64,000 nucleotides of DNA from a virus, in the IMG/VR virus record IMGVR_UViG_3300042508_000910. One strand, written 5' to 3'. How positions within the stretch are numbered: position 1 is the first letter of the stretch; each line of letters begins with the position of its first letter. Of this stretch, positions 1-8,643 are shown in pieces. A program made the position numbers and the translations under genes. The notes under the pieces are model-generated. The model was not told the origin of the DNA, made no database searches, and saw only the letters and a program-made list of their open reading frames with translations.

Positions 1-3000
1 TGCGTTAAAGCTCGTGGTCATGTTATTTATCCAAATACTTTTACGGAGGAAAGTTATGGTGGAATTGATTATTCATTTGGATTTAATAATACAGGAATTT
101 GGTATCGTGGATTTACAGGAGAATTTGAGTTCAAATTAAATTCAAAAATTTCTGATATAAGAAATTCTACTTTAATGTTTTATTGGAATGCTCCAAGAAT
201 GAATATGTTAAATACTGGATCAGAACCTGATCTTTGGTGGGATTATCCAAAATTATGGATTTCTGGGGCAACTGGTCAAAACGCTCAATTATGGCTGCAA
301 TATCAAGGAAATACAAGTACAAACTGGTTAAGTAATACACAATATATTTCTGGTTATTCTCCATATGGATTTAATAGTTTAGATTTTGTACAAAATAACT
401 ATTCTGGAATTAGACCATTCCAAGTAAATAAATGGAACAAGATTAGATACGAACAAACTTCTGCTCCTATTGGAGATCCAAATGGATATCTTAGTAGTTT
501 TGGAAATCCTTTCCCAGGTCATAATATAAGAATATATGTTAATAATATTTTACGCATATCAGGTATTACCGCTGCGTATACTCCATATATTGATGCGAGT
601 AATAGTGGGCTTCATCATCATATGGGCTTTAGATTATTTCCTAATTTTAATGAATTTGCTCTTGATACTAATCAACGAGAAGTCTTTATTAAAAATTTTA
701 GATTTACTGGAACTAATAGCGTAACTGTAAATGATATTTTAGATACTCAAGATAAACCTAGTGGAAATTTAATATATAATACAAATCTAGTAAGAACAAC
801 TTATCCAAGTCGCGATTATGGATATTATTTAACAGAATTTGGTTATGATAATTTTTATAAAAATGATGCAAGAGTTATTACAGGTTATAGTGGAATTGGT
901 TCAAGATTTCAATTTGGTCCTGGACAAATTCAAAAACCTTTTAGCGGAATTATTGACATTAATAATTTGTATACAAACTCGATTATAAACACTGGAGGAA
1001 TTAGTGTGACTAATTCTTTTGTAATTAGAGAGCAAAAAACGACAAAAATAAGAAACCTATCTAGCTCATATTATGGTGTTCTACCAGCTAAAGTAGAAAC
1101 AAATGCAAAATATATTGAAATAGATTTAGGTTCTGGTCATGCAATAGAAGCTCATATGACCTCTGGTCAAGCAGATTTTACTATCTCTGCTTGGGTGTAT
1201 CCTCAAGTACAAAAAACTCCTTGGTTACCAAACGGAGCAGATATAACTGGAAATAGATCTAATTTAAAAACTTTAATAGCATTTGTACAGGAAACTGGTA
1301 CAGGAGTATTAAAAATTGCAAATCCTAATTGGACTTGGGGATTATTTGTTGGGGCTGTAGAAACAACTGGATATGGAGATAACTCTTTTGGATATGCAAC
1401 GGATTTGCCTTATCCTTATGGGTCACAAAGAATATCGTTAGATACAAGACCAGGAGTTGCTGGCGATCCTTATTCAAATACTGGAGCTTTTTTATTTGGA
1501 TCTTTTGACGGAATGACCTCGTCTGGTACATTATGTTCTAATGAAGTAGGTTATGTGCCAAATCATACTCTTGGAAGATTGTGGACCACTGGTACATCTT
1601 TCAGAGGTGTAAGTCCTTCAATATTTACAGGAGAAAGTCCATTTAATTTTGTCCCTACACCAACTTATGGTGTTTTAAGTGAAATGAGATTAATACCTAA
1701 TCAGTGGAATCATGTTGCATTTTCTTATGATGCCACTAAAAGTTATTATTATAATAATACAAGAAATATAAGATATTATATAAATGGTAATCTTGTAACA
1801 TCTGGACGTAAGAACTTTAGCGCAAGAGCTTCTAAAGGTGATGCCACTTCATATTATGGAAACTTCAACAAAATATATATTGGAGCTATGCCAGTTTTAA
1901 GTGGAGTAAGAAGAGAACTAGTATCGCATGCATTTCAAGGTTATATTGGTGAAGTAAGAATTGATGACTATGCAATTACTGGAGAATCCTTTAATGTTCA
2001 AGGATTTATAGATGAGTTTAGAAGACCTTTATTACATGTAAAACCATCTGGATCAAATATATTTATATCTGATAATTCAAATTTAAAATATAATAAAAAA
2101 CATTTGTCTACAAATTATGTTACTGGATATGTAGACTATTTAGCTAATTTTACTCAAAACTTTATAACAGGAAGATATTATCCTCCAACAACTTTTGGTA
2201 TGAGTAGTTGGATAAATTCTGTAAGTGAAAATGTTTATTCTGGAACTTTTGCGTCAGCATCTGGAAGAAATTCAATAGAAAATAATAAAAGGCTTCAATT
2301 TAAAGTGTTATTAAACTCTTTAAATACTTCTACAAATACGGGAATTAATGTTAACTTTGTAAATAAATTTAATACTGGTGTTGTTAACAATTTTAATTAT
2401 ATCGTGCTTCCTAGCTATATTCAAACTGGAAATATATATAATAATTTTTCTAAGACTGGATTTAAGATAAATAATTTTACAAGCAGTGGATTTAGAGTCA
2501 AAATAGATAATACATTATCATTAGATACAACAGGCATGTTTTTTGTTGCACAAACTGGTGCTTTTCGTGGAATAGATGGTAATTCTGGAAAATTTATAGA
2601 AATAAATTCACTATATTTAAGTGGCGCTAATAATCTTACTGGTGATCAATTCTTTAATGATTATACAGGATGGATTAGGATACCAAGGCTACTTAATGTA
2701 GATTATATTAATTATAATAAACCAAGATTTTTTGGTAATGTATATACTCAAAGTGGCTCGGATATAATTGATTCACAATATTCATATATATATCGTATAG
2801 GAGAGGTATCAGGAGCCGCACAATATCGTCAATATTTTTATTCTCCAGCAGCTAGTATTGCTTTTTCTTCACCAGATACATATCTTCCTTTTAGTGGTGG
2901 TGGTATGTATAGTCCTCCAGAATCTAATATTAATTTATTTGATATAATAACTGGAGGTACAGGAATGCCTATACCATTTTATCCAACAGCTTATCAGATA

Positions 3001-4152
3001 AAGATTTTGAAAGATGATTATTACAATATAGAATATGCTGCTACATTTGATAAAATAAGTGGTCCAGATGTTTCAAAATCTGTTTCATTTAGATTACAAA
3101 AAAGCGTAAATACTGGTTCAAATTGGTTCACAGTTCAAGAAAAAATATATACTGATTCCCATATATATTCTATGCATAATACTGGAATTGATTATGCATC
3201 ATCTGGAGATTTATATAGAGTAAATGTAAATGTATTTTATGATCCAACTGGGACAAATAATGAGATTTATAGTTCTCTCATAAGTATTTCACGACAAGAA
3301 GATTTTGATAATAGAAGAAACATTTATGTTAAACTAAATAATCCAAATATTGATTCATATGCTATTAATAAAAATAGAATGCTAACTGGTCTAAAGATAG
3401 ATTATATATTAACAGATGAAGACATTGATTATTCTACATTAAGAGAATTATTGGGTGAAGGAGCATTTGGTAGAGTTTCTCTATTGGGTTTCGAAGATGT
3501 AGGTAGTTCTTCTATATTCGGTGGAACAGGAAATTATATTAAAGGTTTAGTAAATACAATTGGTGGAGGTATAAATAACTCTATTATTGGAGATTACAAT
3601 ACTATCCCAGGTGGAAGATCAAATACTATTATAGACACTCCTCCTGGCAACTTACCTCCACAAGCATTGTTTTCTACTATTCTTGGTGGTAATTTCAATA
3701 CAATATCTGGCAATGTTGTTGACGGAGTAATTTTAGGAGGCGAAACAAATCTAATTATGAACTCCGCAAGAGACACTGCGGAGGAAATTACGGCAACATC
3801 TATTATAGGTGGAAAAAATAATGTCATTTCTGGATCTTATTCGACTATATTAGGTGGATTTAATAATATAGTTAGCGGAGCGTTTGGTTATGGATTAGGA
3901 AGAAATGTATTTAACACTAAAAGTGGATCTATGGTTTTATCAGACGCAACATCAAATCAATTAAAGCCTAGTTTCAATGAAAATAGTTTAACGTTATTTT
4001 TTACAAATGGCATGTATATAACTGGCGTTGATACTGGTTCAAATAGAGCGCCAATCATATTCGCTCTTAATTCATTACCAACAAGCAGTGGTCTTGTTCC
4101 AGTTGGTGGATTGTATAGAAGTGGTGATTTTATTAAAATCAGACTTTCTTAA
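1..4152 (+). CDS. Large tail fibre/virion structural protein (LamG-like domain, C-terminal GGxxN beta-helix repeats); 5'-truncated
   Basis: Frame is open from base 1 to the annotated ATG at 175, so the true start lies upstream of the window. LamG-like motifs FTISAWVYP, NQWNHVAFSYD, YYINGNL, FQGYIGEVRI; repeats TIGGGINN/TILGGNFN/IIGGKNN; rich in S/T/G/N. Confidence 0.7.
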   Translation, partial: CVKARGHVIYPNTFTEESYGGIDYSFGFNNTGIWYRGFTGEFEFKLNSKISDIRNSTLMFYWNAPRMNMLNTGSEPDLWWDYPKLWISGATGQNAQLWLQYQGNTSTNWLSNTQYISGYSPYGFNSLDFVQNNYSGIRPFQVNKWNKIRYEQTSAPIGDPNGYLSSFGNPFPGHNIRIYVNNILRISGITAAYTPYIDASNSGLHHHMGFRLFPNFNEFALDTNQREVFIKNFRFTGTNSVTVNDILDTQDKPSGNLIYNTNLVRTTYPSRDYGYYLTEFGYDNFYKNDARVITGYSGIGSRFQFGPGQIQKPFSGIIDINNLYTNSIINTGGISVTNSFVIREQKTTKIRNLSSSYYGVLPAKVETNAKYIEIDLGSGHAIEAHMTSGQADFTISAWVYPQVQKTPWLPNGADITGNRSNLKTLIAFVQETGTGVLKIANPNWTWGLFVGAVETTGYGDNSFGYATDLPYPYGSQRISLDTRPGVAGDPYSNTGAFLFGSFDGMTSSGTLCSNEVGYVPNHTLGRLWTTGTSFRGVSPSIFTGESPFNFVPTPTYGVLSEMRLIPNQWNHVAFSYDATKSYYYNNTRNIRYYINGNLVTSGRKNFSARASKGDATSYYGNFNKIYIGAMPVLSGVRRELVSHAFQGYIGEVRIDDYAITGESFNVQGFIDEFRRPLLHVKPSGSNIFISDNSNLKYNKKHLSTNYVTGYVDYLANFTQNFITGRYYPPTTFGMSSWINSVSENVYSGTFASASGRNSIENNKRLQFKVLLNSLNTSTNTGINVNFVNKFNTGVVNNFNYIVLPSYIQTGNIYNNFSKTGFKINNFTSSGFRVKIDNTLSLDTTGMFFVAQTGAFRGIDGNSGKFIEINSLYLSGANNLTGDQFFNDYTGWIRIPRLLNVDYINYNKPRFFGNVYTQSGSDIIDSQYSYIYRIGEVSGAAQYRQYFYSPAASIAFSSPDTYLPFSGGGMYSPPESNINLFDIITGGTGMPIPFYPTAYQIKILKDDYYNIEYAATFDKISGPDVSKSVSFRLQKSVNTGSNWFTVQEKIYTDSHIYSMHNTGIDYASSGDLYRVNVNVFYDPTGTNNEIYSSLISISRQEDFDNRRNIYVKLNNPNIDSYAINKNRMLTGLKIDYILTDEDIDYSTLRELLGEGAFGRVSLLGFEDVGSSSIFGGTGNYIKGLVNTIGGGINNSIIGDYNTIPGGRSNTIIDTPPGNLPPQALFSTILGGNFNTISGNVVDGVILGGETNLIMNSARDTAEEITATSIIGGKNNVISGSYSTILGGFNNIVSGAFGYGLGRNVFNTKSGSMVLSDATSNQLKPSFNENSLTLFFTNGMYITGVDTGSNRAPIIFALNSLPTSSGLVPVGGLYRSGDFIKIRLS

Positions 4153-4927
4153 GTCTTTCTATTAATTCAAATACTTTACTTTTTGGTATATCTTTAATAA
4201 AATTAAAGCTTTCTGCTCCATCGAATTTTTCTTTAATCAATTTCTTCTTTAAGGTATCGAAAGAAATATTTTTATCTTGCATTATTTTTTCCAATAAAAC
4301 AGTTGGATTCATTGGATTTTCTTTTTCTGTATCTTCTTTTGCTACTAGCCCTAATTTGGCATCTCCTAATTCTTCTTGTGATACAATATTGATCTTTAAG
4401 AAATTACGAACACAACGAACAAATGCTCTATTTTCCGCTATAGCTGCAAGAAAATAACGAGCAAAATCTTTAGTATTTACAAGAGATGCATCTGCAAGAG
4501 CTTCAAATGTCACAGGACGATTTCCTGTCTCATAATTAGGTATCCAAGTAATCTTACAAGATGTTGCGAAATAATTATCGGTAGCAGTTACTACATTATA
4601 TTCAACACTAGTAAATCCTCTAATTTGAGCTAGCTCCTTAATTCCACCAAGAAGTATTAAAAGATCTTTATCTTCCAGTTTTGAAACATCTGTCTCTTGT
4701 GTTCTTTGACGATTTGGGACAAGATATTGTGTTTTAACCATTGCTCTCCAATTGATAGAGCCATCATCATTAAAAATATAATTTATATTATCGTTTTCTA
4801 GTAAGCCAAAGCTATTTCTTATAAAGAGTTTTGGAGGAATAATCCTTGGTTCTTGTATAAGAACATTTGCTGCAATAGAGTCTATTTTATTCAACTCTGA
4901 ACTATTGATTGAGATTGATTCTTCCAT
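4139..4927 (-). CDS. Putative Rad52/Rad22-superfamily single-strand annealing protein
   Basis: LLGGIKELA...FEALADAS...AIAENRAFVRCVRNFL resembles the AETRAxxRAL signature; lies in the replication operon. Confidence 0.5.
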   Translation of the reverse strand: MEESISINSSELNKIDSIAANVLIQEPRIIPPKLFIRNSFGLLENDNINYIFNDDGSINWRAMVKTQYLVPNRQRTQETDVSKLEDKDLLILLGGIKELAQIRGFTSVEYNVVTATDNYFATSCKITWIPNYETGNRPVTFEALADASLVNTKDFARYFLAAIAENRAFVRCVRNFLKINIVSQEELGDAKLGLVAKEDTEKENPMNPTVLLEKIMQDKNISFDTLKKKLIKEKFDGAESFNFIKDIPKSKVFELIERLKKV

Positions 4928-4933
4928 TATTGA

Positions 4934-4962
4934 ATTGTAATATATATTTAATCTTTTGTCAA
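4934..4962 (-). promoter_or_regulatory. Sigma70-type promoter, leaderless transcript
   Basis: TTGACA-17-TACAAT, 6 nt before the ATG at 4927. Confidence 0.75.
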
Positions 4963-6117
4963 CTCAAATATGTATAAATGTTTTGCTTCTTCCCAAAAAT
5001 CTTCATGATCAATAATTTTTATTGGTTTACCTTGGAATGGTATATTTAATTTATATGCAGCTTTAGAATTGTATGTATTACCATTACTTAATGTATATTT
5101 ATTAGATTTATAATAAATATCATTTAAATTATTTAAATTTAATTTTAAATCATTTTTACATGTCTTTGGATTAACCATTATTTGTGCAACATCTAAATAA
5201 CTTAACTTTAGAGAATTTACAAAGTTTTCATTTAGAAATGTAGACAATATAAATGGTCTTGCTAGTTTTTTAAGATTTTTAGCAAATTCTACATCGTGAT
5301 TTTCATCTATATTATAGATTATTTGATCTATATTACCCTTAAAAGTATTCAATATATTATAATCTATTTTCTTATCAGTTATAATTGAGCATCTATTTCT
5401 CTTAAGCTGTTCTGCTAAATTTCTCTCGTTAAATTCATAATCCATTCTAATAATTAAAGATTCGATACCAAATTGTGATATATTCTCTATTACTTGATTT
5501 GGAACAGATTCTATTAGCGTTCTATTATAATTCTCTCCTAAAAATATTGTTTTAATTTTATTTGACTCTAGATTTAGATACTCTAAAACAGAATTAGCTA
5601 TATCTGCTGGATTAATTTTATTTATTGTTTTTGGATTTTCTACTGCTGAATAACTTGGTTTTCTGCTCCTATCAACTTCAAATATTTTAATATTTTCCTT
5701 AGAGCTAAAATAAGGTCCAGCATTTTCTGGGCGACTATTAGAATATAAACAGACTATTTTTTTATCAAAATGACTTGCGATATGTACGCCAAAACTATCT
5801 ACTCCTAGATGTAAAATTCCTTTATTTATTAAATATGCGGCTTGACCTATTGATGTTTTACCTTGAAGATGATAACAATTTTGAATTGGTTTTTCATCTT
5901 TTCCACCAATTTGTACTATATGAATATTATGTTCTTGTAATTTAAAGAATAATTGGTCTATTACCTCTTGCCAATAATCGTAGCTTTTTGCATCATACTT
6001 ACTATAAGGTTGAAATGATATGTATTTTTCAAATGGAACTGGGCAATACTTTTGATATATATATGGTTTATCAATTTTTAATCCACAATTTAGAGCGTAT
6101 GTTTCAATTAGGTGCAT
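4948..6117 (-). CDS. GT9 (heptosyltransferase-like) C-terminal domain plus unknown domain
   Basis: KSYDYWQEVI, IVQIGG, GKTSIGQAAYLI, LGVDSFGVHIA match the donor-binding half of GT9. Confidence 0.7.
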   Translation of the reverse strand: MHLIETYALNCGLKIDKPYIYQKYCPVPFEKYISFQPYSKYDAKSYDYWQEVIDQLFFKLQEHNIHIVQIGGKDEKPIQNCYHLQGKTSIGQAAYLINKGILHLGVDSFGVHIASHFDKKIVCLYSNSRPENAGPYFSSKENIKIFEVDRSRKPSYSAVENPKTINKINPADIANSVLEYLNLESNKIKTIFLGENYNRTLIESVPNQVIENISQFGIESLIIRMDYEFNERNLAEQLKRNRCSIITDKKIDYNILNTFKGNIDQIIYNIDENHDVEFAKNLKKLARPFILSTFLNENFVNSLKLSYLDVAQIMVNPKTCKNDLKLNLNNLNDIYYKSNKYTLSNGNTYNSKAAYKLNIPFQGKPIKIIDHEDFWEEAKHLYIFELTKD

Positions 6118-8020
6118 ATTTAAAGTCCTTATAAGCTATATTTGTTTTACCATTATGAAGGTATGTTAAAAATCTTTGAGTTTGAGAATATGGTAAAAAT
6201 GCTATTTCAAAAAATCCATTATGATCTCCACCACCTTCTAGCCATATTAAACTGTCCATTTGTGGAACGTATTGTATAATTTTATCTACATATGGATTAG
6301 CTTCTAAAACATCAAAATATTCCTGTTTTGTAGCAACATAGAATTTATAGTTTGGATATTGTTCTTTGATAGATTTGAAAAGGCTTGTTGACAAGAATAT
6401 ATCTCCTATACTTTCTGGCATAACATATAACAATCTTTTAGATTCATCGTCTTTATCCAATAAATCCTCAAAAGATATTTTTTTAGATTCTTTATTTTTC
6501 TCATTGGCTACATGTCTAAAATAGTTTTCTACATCTGCTCTGCTTTTACCTTTAGATAGTTCATCTAACCAATATCTAACACCATCATCATTATTCTCTA
6601 CTTGCATTTTTAATATATGTTTATACATATATTTTAACCATTCTAAATTCTCTTTTATATCTGGGACTTGATGATATGGGTCTTTTTCTTCAAATTTAAA
6701 ATTAATACTTTTATCAATTGTTTTGCAAGAGTCTATAAAAGATTCTATGGTTTTTCCAATGCTCTCTACGGAATAATTATTAATTGTCCATTGTCTAGCT
6801 TTATTGCCAAAATCTTTTCTTTCTTCAATTGACATTGAATAAACTATTTGTAATTTATCAGCTATGGACTTTGGTAAAGTAGAAGCTTTAATAAATTCTG
6901 TTCCATGCTCTCTATACTCTGCCCATTCTAATGGCAAACTATAGGCTTCTTTTTGACACATTTCTTCTCCACATGAGTAATTAGTGACTAATGTGATTAG
7001 TTCGGCTAGTTTTGCTTCTTGTATTGGAATCTCTTGACCACCGCTCGTAAATGGATGACAATACACATCCATTAAATTATAGATTTGATTTAATTCTTCC
7101 TCTGTTACACCTATGCCTACATTAGTTGTAATCTGTGACTTTGCAGATCTGCAGTATTTACAGTCCAAATCTTGACCAGTGAAATTTTTTACTTCATATT
7201 CTCCGCAAGCTCTGCATATATATGTTGTATATATTTCTCTAGGATCAATACCATATTCTTGGGCTAGTTTCATTATATTCCAGCCTTCTCCAAAATGAGT
7301 GTGAAGTAGCAAGCCACTATTTTTTACATTATTTTCTTTCTTCCACAATGCATATCCTTCTAAAAGATTCGGAACACTCTTTCTTAATTGATTTCTAAAT
7401 ACAAATCCGACTATAAATTTATTCTTGTCTATATTAAACTTATTTCTTAACTCAAGTCGTTTTTCATCTGATAATCTATAGAAATTAGAAGTATCTAAAG
7501 CTCCATGAACAGTTTTTACATGATTATGGCCTAGTTTATGCAAAGCTTGAGTTGCGAAATCACTCCAAATCCAGTAATTCTTTACTTTTGGAGAACACTT
7601 AACTGCTGAATCTAATATAGGCAAGGAATCGAGAGTTGTCCATATTACAGAATTGATTTTATTGAACCAAGGTTTATCTATAGCAAAATCTACGCCCCAT
7701 ATATCTTGCACCGCAATATAAACATCTGGTCTTTCATTTTCAATAACCTCATCTAACAAATGTGCTCCATAACTTGCCATTCTAGCTAGATGAGGATCTC
7801 TATTCAGTTTTTCTATCTCTTGTTGGTTATCTGGTAATGATCCAAGACTTTTCCATGGTGTTCTTTCTAATTGTGGGTTACCTTTTTGCATTCCACAGCA
7901 ATAATGCACAATATCATATTTGCCAGTACTATATAAATATTTTAAGATAGCTTTGGCATTTCTTCCAAAGCCAGTCTTTGCTAAACTAAAGTCTGATTGA
8001 AAAACTATTTTTTTACGCAT
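6104..8020 (-). CDS. GT4 glycosyltransferase with Zn-ribbon insert, DUF4214-like segment and C-terminal GT9 N-domain
   Basis: TGFGR, RNQLRK, SGGQEIPIQEA (GT-B); CRAC...CKYC; DDGVRYWLDEL; PESIGDIFLSTSLF...NPYVD. Confidence 0.75.
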   Translation of the reverse strand: MRKKIVFQSDFSLAKTGFGRNAKAILKYLYSTGKYDIVHYCCGMQKGNPQLERTPWKSLGSLPDNQQEIEKLNRDPHLARMASYGAHLLDEVIENERPDVYIAVQDIWGVDFAIDKPWFNKINSVIWTTLDSLPILDSAVKCSPKVKNYWIWSDFATQALHKLGHNHVKTVHGALDTSNFYRLSDEKRLELRNKFNIDKNKFIVGFVFRNQLRKSVPNLLEGYALWKKENNVKNSGLLLHTHFGEGWNIMKLAQEYGIDPREIYTTYICRACGEYEVKNFTGQDLDCKYCRSAKSQITTNVGIGVTEEELNQIYNLMDVYCHPFTSGGQEIPIQEAKLAELITLVTNYSCGEEMCQKEAYSLPLEWAEYREHGTEFIKASTLPKSIADKLQIVYSMSIEERKDFGNKARQWTINNYSVESIGKTIESFIDSCKTIDKSINFKFEEKDPYHQVPDIKENLEWLKYMYKHILKMQVENNDDGVRYWLDELSKGKSRADVENYFRHVANEKNKESKKISFEDLLDKDDESKRLLYVMPESIGDIFLSTSLFKSIKEQYPNYKFYVATKQEYFDVLEANPYVDKIIQYVPQMDSLIWLEGGGDHNGFFEIAFLPYSQTQRFLTYLHNGKTNIAYKDFKYAPN

Positions 8021-8027
8021 TTATATA

Positions 8028-8606
8028 TTACCAAAGATCATCTTCGTCATTTGAAAGCTCTGAATCTTCAGCATCTTCTACATCTTTAGATTTCTTATTC
8101 TCTAAGGCTTTAGATTTGGCATTTTTTAATTTTTTAATTTCTTCACTTCTTTCTGTTGAGAAGATATGACCTAATCCAAATTTAATATATTCTGCAACAA
8201 GTCTTGCTTCAGCGAAAGTAAATCCTATTAGGAAACTTACTGCTGGTTGAGTTGTTTGAGTCTTAGAATTCTTTATAACATTCAAGCTATAGCCTATCTG
8301 TTTATCTTCCCTTATATATGGCGAAAATTTAATTCCTAGTTTTTGATTCTCTGAATTATGAAAGAAATCTGTGGTTCTATTATTTTCTAATGCATCTAGA
8401 ATCCCACAGGCTTCTATTTTAGATAATTTTACTACTACCTTCTTTTCTGGATTTTGAGCATTCTCTGAGAAACTTCCGATCTTCTTTTGATCGTTCCATG
8501 ATGCTTGTTTAATTAAATTTAAATAAAAATTACCATCTAAATTATTAAATGAAAAGCTGCAAGCTGTACCTGTATTTCTAGGTGTGGGTTTATAAATTTG
8601 TATCAT
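8028..8606 (-). CDS. Whirly-like ssDNA-binding protein with acidic C-terminal tail
   Basis: IYKP, KKVVVKLSKIEACGIL, DFFH, IGFTFAEARLV parallel Whirly motifs; ends DSELSNDEDDLW; directly downstream of dnaE. Confidence 0.6.
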   Translation of the reverse strand: MIQIYKPTPRNTGTACSFSFNNLDGNFYLNLIKQASWNDQKKIGSFSENAQNPEKKVVVKLSKIEACGILDALENNRTTDFFHNSENQKLGIKFSPYIREDKQIGYSLNVIKNSKTQTTQPAVSFLIGFTFAEARLVAEYIKFGLGHIFSTERSEEIKKLKNAKSKALENKKSKDVEDAEDSELSNDEDDLW

Positions 8607-8613
8607 ATATTAT

Positions 8614-8642
8614 ATATTATCACCATTAAGTAGATAAATCAA
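8614..8642 (-). promoter_or_regulatory. Sigma70-type promoter, near-leaderless
   Basis: TTGATT-17-TAATAT, 7 nt before the ATG at 8606. Confidence 0.55.
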
Positions 8643-8643
8643 G

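Noticed and set aside
4948-8020. Firm call of DNA glycosylation (T4-like hypermodification)
   Set aside because: No hydroxymethylase, TET/JBP or similar base-priming enzyme in this window; kept only as an alternative hypothesis.
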